A stretch of 52,580 bases of DNA. It comes from an uncultured Actinomycetota bacterium. GTDB lineage: Bacteria; Actinomycetota; Nitriliruptoria; Nitriliruptorales; Nitriliruptoraceae. The position numbers were made by a program, and so were the translations under genes. Under the pieces are notes generated by a model that was given only the letters and a program-made list of their open reading frames with translations, was not told the DNA's origin and searched no databases. Where the stretch lies: contig CAYTLZ010000002.1 in assembly GCA_964438785.1 (NCBI GenBank), forward strand, positions 1 through 52,580, given 5' to 3'. Position 1 is the first letter of the stretch. Each line of letters starts with the position of its first letter. Shown here one piece after another: positions 37,016-48,730 of the stretch.

Positions 37016-37468
37016 GTGATCAACGAGTTCAGGGAATTCATCAACCGGGGCAGCTTCATCGACCTGGCGGTGGGGTTCGTCATGGGCGTGGCCGTCACCG
37101 GCATCGTCCAGACGATCGTCGGCCGCCTGATCATGCCCCTGGTGGGGCTGCTGTTCGGTGAGGCCAACTTCGACAACCTGCTGACCTTCGGGGACGCGGT
37201 CGGCGAGGACGGTGTCCCGATCGGATCGGTCGGTGCGGTGCTGACGTCCGTGGTGAACTTCCTGCTCGTCGCGCTGGTGCTGTTCCTGATCGTGCGGGCC
37301 TACAACCGCATGCAGCGCGACGAACCGGACGAGCCGGAGCCCGAGGCCGACGCCGAGGAGGTCGTGTTGCTGCGCGAGATCCGCGACGCGCTGCGCGCCG
37401 ACGCGCCGGCCTACGCGCCGGCCGACGACGCGCCGGCGTCCTCGCCGCCCGAGGCACCGTCCGCGTGA
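37016..37468 (+). CDS. mscL: Large-conductance mechanosensitive channel MscL
   Basis: The sequence EFREFINRGSFIDLAVGFVMG...IMPLVGLLFG matches MscL. The GTG has a GAGGAG RBS. Confidence 0.85.
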   Translation: MINEFREFINRGSFIDLAVGFVMGVAVTGIVQTIVGRLIMPLVGLLFGEANFDNLLTFGDAVGEDGVPIGSVGAVLTSVVNFLLVALVLFLIVRAYNRMQRDEPDEPEPEADAEEVVLLREIRDALRADAPAYAPADDAPASSPPEAPSA

Positions 37469-37480
37469 CGCCGGCGGGTG

Positions 37481-38980
<1,500 letters not shown>

Positions 38981-39150
38981 GACGGGCTCCGTTCGGCTGC
39001 GGCGGACAGGCGCAGCCGCGCGAGGATACGTCCGCGCGCGCCGACGACCCCATCGGCACACGCCACGTGGGTACGTGCGGACCGATGGACCCGGTGGCCC
39101 ATTAGCATCGCCCGCGCCGCCGTCCCCCCGCCGCACCAAGCCGAGGTCCT

Positions 39151-41172
39151 ATGTCCACCGCGTCGTCCCCCGAGCTCGCCGACCTGGCGATCACGACCAT
39201 CCGCACCCTGGCCATCGACGCGGTCCAGGCCGCGAACTCGGGGCACCCGGGCATGCCGATGGGGTGTGCGCCGATGGCCTACGTGCTGTTCAACGAGGTG
39301 CTGCGCCACGATCCGGCCCGGCCCGACTGGCCCGGCCGCGACCGCTTCGTGCTGTCGGCCGGACACGGCTCGATGCTGCTGTACGCGATGCTGCATCTGA
39401 CCGGCTACGACGAGCCGACGCTCGACGACATCAAGGCCTTCCGGCAGTTCGACGCGCCCACGGCCGGTCACCCGGAGAGCTTCGAGCTGGCCGGGGTGGA
39501 GACCACGACCGGGCCGCTCGGCCAGGGGTTCGCCAACGGCGTCGGTATGGCGCTGGCGGCCGAACGGCTCGCGGCCGAGTTCGGCGACGCGGTGGTGCCG
39601 CAGCGCATCTACGGCATCGTCTCCGACGGCGACCTGATGGAGGGCGTCAGCGCGGAGGCCGCGTCCCTGGCGGGGCATCTGCAGCTCGGCCGGGTCACCT
39701 ACCTCTACGACGACAACGCCATCACGATCGACGGCGGCACCGACAAGGCCTTCGGCGAGGACGTGCTGGCGCGGTTCGACGCCTACGGCTGGCACACCGC
39801 CCGGGTCGCGGACGGCAACGACCTCGACGCGATCCGTGCCGCCATCGCTGCGGCCGATGCCGACGAGCGCCCGTCGTTGATCGCGGTCCGGACCACCATC
39901 GGCTTCGGTTCGCCGGCCAAGGCCGGGACCTCCGGGGTCCACGGCGCGCCGCTCGGCGACGATGAGGTGGCCGCCACCAAGGCCGCCTACGGCTGGGACC
40001 ACCCGGCCTTCCACGTCCCCGACGAGGTCCGCAGCCACCTCGACGCCCGCGAGCGCGGGACCGGGCTGCGGGCCGACTGGGAGTCGTCGCTCGACGCCCT
40101 GCGGGCCCAGGACCAGGCTCAGGCCGCGGCGTTCGAGCGCCGGGTCATCCGCGGCGAGCTGCCCTCGGACTGGATCGATGCACTGCCGGAGTTGGACGCC
40201 AAGGACGCCACCCGCAAGCACTCGGGGGCCGTGATCAACGCCCTGGCCCCCGTCCTGCCGGAGCTGCTCGGGGGATCGGCCGACCTCGCGGCCTCCAACA
40301 ACACCGACGTCGACGACGGAGGCGACTTCTCGGCACCCGACGCCGACGGTCCCGACGCGCGCGGCCGACATGGCCGCAACCTGCGCTTCGGGATCCGTGA
40401 GCACGCGATGGCGTCCATGGCCAACGGCATGGCGCTGCACGGTGGGGTCCTGCCGTACGTGGCCACGTTCCTGGTCTTCACCGACTACTGCCGCCCCGCG
40501 ATCCGCCTGTCGGCGTTGATGCGCGCGCGGGTGGTCTACGTCATGACCCACGACTCGATCGGACTCGGCGAGGACGGCCCCACCCACCAGCCCGTCGAAC
40601 ACCTGTCGGCGTTGCGGGCCATCCCCGGGCTGACGGTGCTGCGTCCCGCCGACGGTGCGGAGACCGTGGCCGCCTGGCGCAGCGCGATCGAGGCCGACGG
40701 TCCGTCGGTCATCGCCCTGACCCGCCAGGGCCTGCCCCCGCTGGGCCAGCGTCCCGCCGACGGCCCCGCCCGGGGTGGCTACGTACTCAGCCAGCAGGGC
40801 GGCAGCGGTGACACGCCCGACGTGGTGCTGATCGCGACCGGCTCCGAGGTGCAGCTCGCGGTCGGTGCCGCCGAGCTGCTCGCCGCCGAGGACGTGTGCG
40901 TGCGGGTGGTGTCGATGCCGTCCTGGGAGTTGTTCGACGGGCAGGACCAGGCCTATCGCGATCGCGTGCTCCCGCCGGCCGTGCGCGCCCGGGTCGCGGT
41001 GGAGGCCGGGGTCAGCCACGGCTGGCACCGGTACGTCGGCGACATCGGCGAGGTGGTGGGGCTCGATCGCTTCGGTGCGTCCGCCCCGGCCGACCGGCTG
41101 TTCGCCGAGTTCGGGTTCAGTGCCGACAACGTGGCCGCGGCCGCGCGTCGCAGCCTGGCTCGGCGACCCTGA
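39151..41172 (+). CDS. tkt: Transketolase
   Basis: The protein is 673 aa and carries [18 protein letters not shown], the ThDP motif GDLMEGVS, and FGIREHAM. Confidence 0.95.
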   Translation: MSTASSPELADLAITTIRTLAIDAVQAANSGHPGMPMGCAPMAYVLFNEVLRHDPARPDWPGRDRFVLSAGHGSMLLYAMLHLTGYDEPTLDDIKAFRQFDAPTAGHPESFELAGVETTTGPLGQGFANGVGMALAAERLAAEFGDAVVPQRIYGIVSDGDLMEGVSAEAASLAGHLQLGRVTYLYDDNAITIDGGTDKAFGEDVLARFDAYGWHTARVADGNDLDAIRAAIAAADADERPSLIAVRTTIGFGSPAKAGTSGVHGAPLGDDEVAATKAAYGWDHPAFHVPDEVRSHLDARERGTGLRADWESSLDALRAQDQAQAAAFERRVIRGELPSDWIDALPELDAKDATRKHSGAVINALAPVLPELLGGSADLAASNNTDVDDGGDFSAPDADGPDARGRHGRNLRFGIREHAMASMANGMALHGGVLPYVATFLVFTDYCRPAIRLSALMRARVVYVMTHDSIGLGEDGPTHQPVEHLSALRAIPGLTVLRPADGAETVAAWRSAIEADGPSVIALTRQGLPPLGQRPADGPARGGYVLSQQGGSGDTPDVVLIATGSEVQLAVGAAELLAAEDVCVRVVSMPSWELFDGQDQAYRDRVLPPAVRARVAVEAGVSHGWHRYVGDIGEVVGLDRFGASAPADRLFAEFGFSADNVAAAARRSLARRP

Positions 41173-41176
41173 ACGC

Positions 41177-41824
41177 TCAGCGGCGCTTGCGGCCGCGCGG
41201 CTTGTAGGGCCGTTGGCCCGGCGGTGGTGTGTGGTTCGCGGCGGCATCCGGACCCGGGTCCGGACGCGTCGCGCGGGGGGTGTCGCCCGGGCGTTCACCG
41301 GGGAGGTGGCCGCCACGGTTCGAGCCGCCCGTGCGGGGCGAGCTCCCCGTGCTGGTCGTGCTGCCCGACCCCGCGTCTGACGTGCCACCTCGACGCGAGA
41401 ACCGGCGCTTGAGTCCATCGAGAAGGCCGGGACCGGACGTGTCCGTGGCCGCGGTCGCGGGCGGTCGTCGGCGCTGCTTCTGGCCCTCCGCGACGGCGAG
41501 GTTGAGCGTCTCGGCGCGGCGCGCGCGGCGCAGCCAGAAGGCGGACATCAGCAGCAGGAAGGCCGTCGCCGCCCCGGCGTTGATCAGCACCTGGTCCGGG
41601 GTGCTGCCGAGTGCGAACTGCACCACCCCGATCACCGGTCCGATCAGCCAGGCGAACTTCCAGAACCGGGCCTGACGGCGCGCGATCCACACGGCGATGG
41701 CCGCGTGCTTGCGGTCGCCGACCTGCTGTCCCCGATTGACCGACTTCAGGATGGCACGTCGCTCGGCCACCGGTAGCTGGGTGAAGCGGCGCTGACTCTC
41801 GATCTTGCCCGGGATGCTGGCCAA
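41177..41824 (-). CDS. Hypothetical membrane protein with a disordered basic C-terminal tail
   Basis: It has two TM segments ([16 protein letters not shown] and [16 protein letters not shown]) followed by a Gly/Ser/Thr/Pro/Arg-rich tail. GC3 is high. Confidence 0.6.
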   Translation of the reverse strand: MASIPGKIESQRRFTQLPVAERRAILKSVNRGQQVGDRKHAAIAVWIARRQARFWKFAWLIGPVIGVVQFALGSTPDQVLINAGAATAFLLLMSAFWLRRARRAETLNLAVAEGQKQRRRPPATAATDTSGPGLLDGLKRRFSRRGGTSDAGSGSTTSTGSSPRTGGSNRGGHLPGERPGDTPRATRPDPGPDAAANHTPPPGQRPYKPRGRKRR

Positions 41825-42015
41825 CGTGGTTCCTCCGGCACGCGGGGTGCGTCGGGGGTGGGGACGCGCGGGGATGGGCGACGTCCGGGGTTCGGCCGCC
41901 AGGGTAGGCGTCGCGCGATGCCGGGACGGTGTGGGGCCGGTGTGACCCCGTCAGCGGCCCCATCGGGTCCGAAGTCTGCGGCGAGGCCCGAGCAGCACCG
42001 TGCACAGGAGCCGCC

Positions 42016-42516
42016 ATGATGCAGCGACCGACCCCGGACCGCCCCGGCCCGGGACAAGAGTCCGTGTGGGACTATCCGCGCCCGCCGGCCGTGGCACCGA
42101 CCGATGCCCATGTCGTCGTCTGGTTCGGCGGCCGGGTCATCGCGGAGACACGCAACGCCCTGCGGGTGATGGAGACCTCGCACCCGCCGTCGTTCTACCT
42201 GCCGCGCGCGGATGTCGACGAGCAGGTGCTGGTGGCTGTCCATCACCGGACGTTCTGCGAGTTCAAGGGGCAGGCCGCCTACGCGGACCTGGTCGTCGAC
42301 GACCAGCGCTCACCGTTGGCCTGCTGGTGGTATCCGGAACCGGTCGAGGCGTACGCGGCGTTGCGTGACACCATCACCTTCTACCCGAGTCGGGTCGAGC
42401 GGGCCATGGTCGACGGCGAGGAGGTCCGCGCCAGCGAGGGGGACTTCTACGGCGGGTGGATCACCTCGGCCGTGACGGGGCCCTTCAAGGGCGGCCCCGG
42501 CACCATGTGGTGGTAG
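42016..42516 (+). CDS. DUF427 domain protein
   Basis: AGGAG RBS. The sequences SVWDYPRPP, SHPPSFYLPRADV, FCEFKGQAAY and WWYPEP are typical of DUF427. Confidence 0.8.
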   Translation: MMQRPTPDRPGPGQESVWDYPRPPAVAPTDAHVVVWFGGRVIAETRNALRVMETSHPPSFYLPRADVDEQVLVAVHHRTFCEFKGQAAYADLVVDDQRSPLACWWYPEPVEAYAALRDTITFYPSRVERAMVDGEEVRASEGDFYGGWITSAVTGPFKGGPGTMWW

Positions 42517-42544
42517 GGGCGGCCCCGGCACCATGTGGTCGTAG
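42489..42544. repeat. 28-bp tandem duplication (GGGCGGCCCCGGCACCATGTGGT[G/C]GTAG x2) that includes the DUF427 stop codon
   Basis: Read directly from the sequence. The two copies differ at 1 position, and a partial third copy (GGGCGG) follows. Confidence 0.85.
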
Positions 42545-42624
42545 GGGCGGGACGCGGTCCCGACGGCGTGGCTGCCGACGGCGTCTCCGGGCGTGCAGCG
42601 CGCCCGGAACCGGCATGGCGAGCA

Positions 42625-43980
42625 TCAGCGCGGCGACCCCCGTGGCCACAGCGCGCCGAGGAGGCCCATCCCCACCAGCAGCGACACCAGGGGCACCAGC
42701 CGCAGGCCGGTCGCGGACGTCGGATCGTCCAGGCCCTCGATCATGATGCGGGCCAGGCCGAACGCGAAGGCCCCGAGCCCGACGAGCGTGCGCAGCGACC
42801 CGTCGCGTGGCACCGGCTCCGCCTGATCCTCCAGACGCCGGAAGACCGCGACCAGGATGCCGAGCACCAGCGCACAGGCGAGCAGCCACACGGGACGCAT
42901 CGCCCACCAGCCGGCATCGATCCGCTCGAAGCGGGGCCACACGCCCGTCGGGTGGACCGCGAGGCCGACCGCGACCATCGCCGTCATGTGCCACAGGAAG
43001 ATCGTCAGGACGGCCGATGCGCACACCACGACCGGTGCCCACACCCGGGGTCGGGCCAGGAGTCGCTGCAGTGGTCGCCGGACGGCGACCACGAGCGTGA
43101 GCTGCGCGATCGCGTACAGCCACAACGCCAGGCTCGGCGGATCGGTGTTGTGCCGCTCCGCACCGAACACCGCCACCATGCTGAGCGGGTAGTCGAACCG
43201 GATGATGAGCGTCGCCACCGCCATCGTCGCGCCGAGGGCGATCAGGACGCAACGGCCGGGATCGGGCATACGCGCGTGGTTCCAGAAGTAGCCCAACTGG
43301 TGGATCCCGCCCCACAACAGCAGGTAGCTGGCGAAGCCCACGACCGGGGTGCCGGCGCGGATGAGCGCATCGACCACACCGGTGGCCACGACGGCGAGAG
43401 CGGGGACCCACAGGCCGTAGCGGTCGTGGAGCCACAGCGTGACCGGCACGATGGCGATGACCAGGATGTAGACGACCAGGAACCACAGGGGGAGCAGCAC
43501 CCCCTCGGTCGCACGCGTCACCAGCTGGTCGTCGATCCCGAGTCGGGCACCGCCCACGGTGATGCCGACCGCGACGACGAACACCGGGAGCATGGGGGTC
43601 AGCAGCCGCCGTGCACGTCGGCGGAACCACCGTGGCCAGCTGCGCCCCCGCTCCTCGGCCCGCCGCCACGAGGTGGCGTTGAGGTGACCGCCGACGAAGA
43701 AGAACAAGGGCATCACCTGGAAGATCCAGGTCAGCAGGTGGGCCTGGGGGACCCACTGCAGGGCCTGGCCGACGACCGGATCGTCGTTGCGATAGAGCAC
43801 GGCGGTCACCAGCCAGTGTCCGAGGACAACGAAGCCGATCGCGGTCAGACGCAACAGGTCGGCCACACGGTCGCGGTCGTCGGGCGTGCTCGCCTCGATC
43901 TCGTGCGGGTCGATCCAACGCTGCAGGGGTCTCAGCGGCAAGCCTCCCTCGTGGGCGACACGGCCCGGGCAGGCTGGCAC
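42625..43980 (-). CDS. Acyltransferase family 3 (OafA-like) integral membrane protein
   Basis: It has about 10 TM segments, and LRLTAIGFVVLGHW...MPLFFFVGG is typical of Acyl_transf_3. The start (GTG at 43980) is uncertain. Confidence 0.8.
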   Translation of the reverse strand: MPACPGRVAHEGGLPLRPLQRWIDPHEIEASTPDDRDRVADLLRLTAIGFVVLGHWLVTAVLYRNDDPVVGQALQWVPQAHLLTWIFQVMPLFFFVGGHLNATSWRRAEERGRSWPRWFRRRARRLLTPMLPVFVVAVGITVGGARLGIDDQLVTRATEGVLLPLWFLVVYILVIAIVPVTLWLHDRYGLWVPALAVVATGVVDALIRAGTPVVGFASYLLLWGGIHQLGYFWNHARMPDPGRCVLIALGATMAVATLIIRFDYPLSMVAVFGAERHNTDPPSLALWLYAIAQLTLVVAVRRPLQRLLARPRVWAPVVVCASAVLTIFLWHMTAMVAVGLAVHPTGVWPRFERIDAGWWAMRPVWLLACALVLGILVAVFRRLEDQAEPVPRDGSLRTLVGLGAFAFGLARIMIEGLDDPTSATGLRLVPLVSLLVGMGLLGALWPRGSPR

Positions 43981-44028
43981 CGGGGGGCGGCCGTCATCAT
44001 CGGCGGTACGGCTCCTCGTCGGGTCCGG

Positions 44029-45936
44029 TCAGCCCGGAAAGCCCTCGTCGTAGCGCCACACGTGGCTGTCGCTCGAGGTGGTGCCGTCGGGATAGGTCAT
44101 GGTCCGTCCACAGCGCACACTGAACGCCCCGCCGGGGCCCTCGACGTCGAACGGTGCACCGATGAAGGAGTCGACCTCCGCCCAGGGACGGCTGACGAAG
44201 CTGACCGTCACCGAGGTCGCGTCGTGGTCGGTCAGGATGGTGATCGGGCGCGGGGAGTCGTTGGTCACGACGACGTCGAGGGTGTTGAAGATCAGGGTCG
44301 CCTCCCGGCACATGGGATACCGCGGGAAGTAGATCGAGTGCGGTCGGAACGCGTCGATCTGGATGCCCGCGAACCAGGCGGCGTTCAGGAAGGTCGTCCC
44401 CATCTGGCTGACGCCACCGCCCACCACCGAGATCACGTCGCCATCGTCGATGAACCCGTTCTCGACGAAGCCGCGCGCCGCGGTCCGCTGGCCGATGCCC
44501 TGGTTCAGCGAGTAGGTCTCGCCGGGTGCGATGACGTCCCCGTCGATGTAGTCGGCGGCGAGCTGGATGTTCTGGTTGCGCGGCTGGCCGGGCGCGGTGA
44601 AGTCCGTCGTGAAGCTCGACACCACCTGCCGTTCACGGAGTGGCGGCTGGATCTGCGGTGTCTCGGGCGGGGGGAAGTCGCGGAAGACGTCGATCACGAT
44701 CCGTTGTGGATCCGACAACCGCTCCACGACGAAGGGCTGGGCCTCGTCCACGCCGATGAAGAACGTGTGCCGGCCCTCGAACAACGCACTGCCGACGACC
44801 TCGGTGACGACGCCGTCCTCGCCCGTCTGGACGCGGTCGCCGTCCCAGATCTCGAGGTCGTCGGGCAGATCCGCGGGCAACGCCACCCCGGTGACCACGA
44901 CCTCGAGCACGGCGTCACCCGCGACATCGACGGGATCGCCGGTTCCCGGCTCGCGCGCCTCGTCGACGTACGTCATCTGCCAGCCGGCCTCGCCCTCACC
45001 GCCGATCTCGAACACGACCCGGTCGAAGTAGGTGTGCTCACCGGTGCGGACATCGGTGACGCCCTTCATCCCCGCCGTCGAGTCCACCTCGCGCCGTTCG
45101 GTCGTCGGGACGTCCTCGGCCGGTTCGGCGAGCTCGGGGAACCTGCCCTGCGCGGCGATGGCGTCCATGGCGCGGGCGAGAAACGATGCCATCTGCGCCC
45201 GGGTGACCGGATCCTGCGGCCCGTAGGTGCCGTCCTCGCGCCCGGTCACCACCTCGGCGGCCGCGAGTTTGGCGATGGTGTCGGCGTGGGTGGTGCCGGC
45301 GACGTCGGGGAAGGCGTCCGTGGACGGCAACTCGTCATCGATCACGAACTCGATCGACCGTGCGATGAAGCTGGCCATCTGGCCCCGGGTCACCTCCCGG
45401 CCCGGGGCGAAGGCCTCGTCGCCGACACCCACGACGACCCCGGCGGTCGCCAACTTGCGGATGCCGGGCTGATGGACCACGGCGTCATCGGTGAACGCCG
45501 CGTCGATCGGCAGCTCGTCCTGGATGACGAGCTCCAGCATCCGGGTCGTGAACGTCGCCATCTGGCCCCGGTCGACCGTGGCGTCCGGCGCGTAGACGCG
45601 TCCCTCGTCGCTGCGGTCGCTGCCCTGGGTGATCAGGTAGCAGGCGATGCAGTTGATCGCGCTGGCGTGGACCCCGTCGTCGACATCGAGGAAGCGATCG
45701 AGGTGCTGCGCGGCGAATGGGCACGCACCATCGATGCCGCGCGCTGCGGGCTGCTCCTGCGCCTGCGTCACGGACGGGACCGTCAGGCTCAGCACCAGCG
45801 CGCCGAGGGCGGCCAACAGCATGCCCGTGGGGAAGTGGGGTCGGGCACGGTTGGTGCCGGCAGCGGCGCTCGCTCGTGCGACTGGCTCGGTTCTCACTCG
45901 GCACCATCCGTGTTGACGACAGGCTGCTCGGCGCAC
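44029..45936 (-). CDS. Secreted protein with three SLH-like repeats, a beta-rich middle domain and a C-terminal VanW domain
   Basis: Signal peptide (LLAALGALVLSLTVPSVTQA). The SLH-like repeats end in TRGQMA(S/T)F. The VanW pattern is GETYSLNQGIG...GGGVSQMGTTFLNAAWFAG. The start is ambiguous (45936, 45897 or a later ATG). Confidence 0.8.
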   Translation of the reverse strand: MRRAACRQHGWCRVRTEPVARASAAAGTNRARPHFPTGMLLAALGALVLSLTVPSVTQAQEQPAARGIDGACPFAAQHLDRFLDVDDGVHASAINCIACYLITQGSDRSDEGRVYAPDATVDRGQMATFTTRMLELVIQDELPIDAAFTDDAVVHQPGIRKLATAGVVVGVGDEAFAPGREVTRGQMASFIARSIEFVIDDELPSTDAFPDVAGTTHADTIAKLAAAEVVTGREDGTYGPQDPVTRAQMASFLARAMDAIAAQGRFPELAEPAEDVPTTERREVDSTAGMKGVTDVRTGEHTYFDRVVFEIGGEGEAGWQMTYVDEAREPGTGDPVDVAGDAVLEVVVTGVALPADLPDDLEIWDGDRVQTGEDGVVTEVVGSALFEGRHTFFIGVDEAQPFVVERLSDPQRIVIDVFRDFPPPETPQIQPPLRERQVVSSFTTDFTAPGQPRNQNIQLAADYIDGDVIAPGETYSLNQGIGQRTAARGFVENGFIDDGDVISVVGGGVSQMGTTFLNAAWFAGIQIDAFRPHSIYFPRYPMCREATLIFNTLDVVVTNDSPRPITILTDHDATSVTVSFVSRPWAEVDSFIGAPFDVEGPGGAFSVRCGRTMTYPDGTTSSDSHVWRYDEGFPG

Positions 45937-46157
45937 ATCGGCACGCGCACCGACACTGCGACCGCTTCGACGATCGCGTCACGACCACGCCTAGGACCGC
46001 TGACCGTCACCCCCCTGGCCGAACGGACGATGGCCTTCCCGGTCGTGGTCCTGTGGCGATCCTGGCGGCACCGCGCCTGCCGGGTGCGCCGGATGCACGG
46101 ATCGTGCGCGCGGCGTCGCGTCCGGGCGTTCATCGGATGTTTCCTTGCTCCATTCCG

Positions 46158-46171
46158 TAGTAGGACTACTA
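46158..46171. promoter_or_regulatory. Palindrome TAGTAG-GA-CTACTA immediately upstream of the XRE gene (candidate autoregulatory operator)
   Basis: A perfect 6-bp inverted repeat in a locally AT-richer patch, ending 8 nt before the ATG at 46180. Confidence 0.35.
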
Positions 46172-46179
46172 TCAATCAC

Positions 46180-46467
46180 ATGAGCCCTACTCCGAAGCAG
46201 ACGAAGCAGACGCCGGATGAGCCGATCCACAACCGGCTCGCGGTCCTACGGGCCGAGCGTGAGCTTTCCCGCCGTGACCTCGCGGACGCGATCGGTATCC
46301 ACTACCAGACGGTCGGCTACCTCGAACGCGGCGAGTACTCGCCGAGCCTCGCGCTCGCCTTCCGCATCGCCCGGTTCTTCGAGCTGCCCATCGAGGCGGT
46401 GTTCGCCGATCGTCCGTTCGAACGGATGAGCGCCGTCGTCTACGACCAGCGAGGAGCGTCCGAATGA
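46180..46467 (+). CDS. XRE/Cro-family helix-turn-helix transcriptional regulator (95 aa)
   Basis: The sequence NRLAVLRAERELSRRDLADAIGIHYQTVGYLERGEYSPSLALAFRIARFF is a classic HTH_3/HTH_26 pattern. Only the last 96 codons of the 1310-aa track ORF are real. Confidence 0.85.
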   Translation: MSPTPKQTKQTPDEPIHNRLAVLRAERELSRRDLADAIGIHYQTVGYLERGEYSPSLALAFRIARFFELPIEAVFADRPFERMSAVVYDQRGASE

Positions 46468-46991
46468 GTGCATCCATCGAGCCGGTCGAGCCCGCCGGCC
46501 CGGCCCACGGGCGTCACGGGGCGGGCACCATCGCCACCGCGATGGCCGACCCCCGCTACGACCGCTTCCGCAACCCGCGCTGGCGTCGACGTCTGAGTCT
46601 GCTGCAGCTGCTCGCGACCGCCGCGCTGATCGGTGCCGGGGCGCTCGCGCTGCAGCTCGGCGGCGGCGTCGGCCTCGCCGTCGCCCTGGCCGTCGCCTTC
46701 ATCCCGTGGATGCTGGTGACCGGTGCGCTGAACGCCAGCGTGCACGGGCTCACGGAGATCCGCGACGCCGACCTCGACGAGCTGCAACGCCGCATCCGCG
46801 ACGCGGTCTACCGGCGCGCCTATCGGATCGTCGCCACGGTGGTGCTCGCGGTCGTGGTCGTCGTGCCGTTCGTGCCGGCCGATGGGATCACCACGGGTCC
46901 GGCGCTCGTGATGGGCGCGCTGCTGCTGGCGCTGGTGCTCGGGCTGCCGGTCCACCTGCTGGCCTGGACCCTGGCCGACGACGACTGCTGA
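46464..46991 (+). CDS. Hypothetical four-TM membrane protein, translationally coupled to the XRE regulator
   Basis: ATGA overlap with the regulator gene. It has four hydrophobic helices and high GC3. Confidence 0.65.
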   Translation: MSASIEPVEPAGPAHGRHGAGTIATAMADPRYDRFRNPRWRRRLSLLQLLATAALIGAGALALQLGGGVGLAVALAVAFIPWMLVTGALNASVHGLTEIRDADLDELQRRIRDAVYRRAYRIVATVVLAVVVVVPFVPADGITTGPALVMGALLLALVLGLPVHLLAWTLADDDC

Positions 46992-47100
46992 TCGCGTCGC
47001 CGTGGACCGCTGGCCGCACGGCCCCCTCGCCCGGGTGGACCGCCGACGACACCTCGTACGCTCGAGCGCACCATCCATCATCAGCTGAGAGGTCACCGAC

Positions 47101-47529
47101 GTGTCCGTCGTGAAGATCAACGTCATCACGGTTCCCGCAGAACGTGCCGAGATGCTCGAAGCGCGGTTCGCCGCCCGCGCCGGTGAGGTCGAGCACGTCG
47201 ACGGCTTCGAGTCGTTCGATCTGCTGCGCCCGACCGGCGGTACCGACCGCTACCTCGTCGTCACCAAGTGGCGGGACGACGCGGCGTTCGAGGCGTGGAT
47301 GAACTCCGAGTCGTTCCAGCGCGGCCACGCCCAGAGCGGCGGTGGCACACCGGCCGGCGGCGAACAGTCGGGCGGCGGTCACCCGGGCGGTGACGGTGAG
47401 GGCCACCCCCAGGCGGCCGGGCACCCCGGAACCGACGGTCCGCCGGCGGGCGGGGAGCGGCCCGCGGCCACCGGCGCGGAGCTGTGGGCATTCGAGGTCG
47501 TCACCAGCGCGACGGGCACCACGCCCTGA
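47101..47529 (+). CDS. ABM-domain protein, MhuD/IsdG-like haem-degrading monooxygenase with a Gly/Pro/His-rich insertion
   Basis: The motifs VVKINVITVP (Asn7), FEAW (Trp66) and RGH (His76) align with my recollection of the MhuD catalytic triad. An insertion of roughly 36 aa precedes the last beta-strand ELWAFEVV. Confidence 0.8.
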   Translation: MSVVKINVITVPAERAEMLEARFAARAGEVEHVDGFESFDLLRPTGGTDRYLVVTKWRDDAAFEAWMNSESFQRGHAQSGGGTPAGGEQSGGGHPGGDGEGHPQAAGHPGTDGPPAGGERPAATGAELWAFEVVTSATGTTP

Positions 47530-47611
47530 TCGTCCTCGCGCCCGACGGTCGCCGGTCCGGCGCTCGGTAGCATCGCCCGTCCCCGTGCCACCTCGCAGGA
47601 GTCGAATCGCC

Positions 47612-48730
47612 ATGGCCAGCCACACCGCCGAGATCGCCGCCCAGCGGCAGCGGTTGGCCCAGCTCGACCACGACCTCGACATCCCCGGCAAGCGCAACCG
47701 CTACGACGAGCTCCAGCACCTCGCGGCCGAGCCCGACCTGTGGAACGACACGGACCGGGCGCGTGAGGTCACCACCGAGCTGTCACGGGTCGAGGACGAC
47801 CTCAAGCGCTACGACCGGCTGATCGAGCAGCTCGACGACCTCGAGGTGCTCGCCGAGCTCGCCGACGAGGAGGGCGACGAGTCCTCGGTCGCCGAGGTCG
47901 GCCGGGGACTGATCACGGTCGCGGCGGAGCTCGACCGGCTCGAGGTCGTCACCATGCTCGGTGGTGAGTACGACCACTCGGATGCGCTGGTGTCCGTCCA
48001 CGCCGGTGAGGGCGGTGTCGACGCGATGGACTGGGCCCACATTCTGCAGCGCATGTATCTCAAGTGGGCGGAGAAGCGCGGCTACGACGCGGAGGTGTTC
48101 GACCAGTCCTACGGCGAGGAAGCCGGGCTGAAGTCGACCACCTTCGAGATCCGCGGGACCGACGTCTACGGCTGGCTGAACGTCGAACACGGCGTGCACC
48201 GGCTCGTGCGCATCAGTCCGTTCGACTCCCAGGCGCGGCGCCAGACCTCGTTCGCGCTGGTCGACGTCGTGCCGGTGCTGCCGGAGATGGACTCGGAGAT
48301 CGAGGTCCCCGACGAGGACATCCGGGTCGACGTCTACCGCTCGTCGGGGCCCGGCGGGCAGAGTGTCAACACCACCGACTCCGCGGTGCGCATCACCCAC
48401 AACCCGACCGGCATCGTGGTCAGCTGCCAGAACGAGAAGTCGCAGCACCAGAACAAGGCGGTCGCGCTACGCGTGCTGAAGGTCAAGCTCGCCGAGGTGC
48501 AGCGCCAGGAACGCGCCGAACACCTCGACGAGATCCGTGGTGGCGTGCAGAACGTCGGTTTCGGCTCGCAGATCCGCAGCTACGTCATGCACCCCTACCA
48601 GATGGTCAAGGACCTGCGCTCGGAGTACGAGACCGGCAACGTGCAGGCCGTGCTCGACGGCGACCTCGACGGTCTGCTCGAGGCGGAGCTTCGCCACCGG
48701 GTCCGCCAGGCCGAGACCGACGAGGATTGA
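47612..48730 (+). CDS. prfB: Peptide chain release factor 2
   Basis: It has the SPF tripeptide (RISPFDS) and GGQ ([10 protein letters not shown]). It is one continuous frame with no +1 frameshift site. Confidence 0.95.
   Translation: MASHTAEIAAQRQRLAQLDHDLDIPGKRNRYDELQHLAAEPDLWNDTDRAREVTTELSRVEDDLKRYDRLIEQLDDLEVLAELADEEGDESSVAEVGRGLITVAAELDRLEVVTMLGGEYDHSDALVSVHAGEGGVDAMDWAHILQRMYLKWAEKRGYDAEVFDQSYGEEAGLKSTTFEIRGTDVYGWLNVEHGVHRLVRISPFDSQARRQTSFALVDVVPVLPEMDSEIEVPDEDIRVDVYRSSGPGGQSVNTTDSAVRITHNPTGIVVSCQNEKSQHQNKAVALRVLKVKLAEVQRQERAEHLDEIRGGVQNVGFGSQIRSYVMHPYQMVKDLRSEYETGNVQAVLDGDLDGLLEAELRHRVRQAETDED

Noticed and set aside
42535-46179. The first ~1215 codons of the 1310-aa plus-strand ORF.
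   Set aside because: This stretch is a shadow of the minus-strand acyltransferase and VanW genes. Only the last 96 codons (46180-46467) form a real gene, the XRE regulator, which has its own ATG and promoter-like upstream region.
47612-47760. A possible programmed +1 frameshift site in prfB.
   Set aside because: The RF2 reading frame is continuous from the ATG at 47612 through the region equivalent to the E. coli CUU UGA C site. There is no short ORF0 and no in-frame UGA. Absence of the frameshift is normal in actinobacteria.
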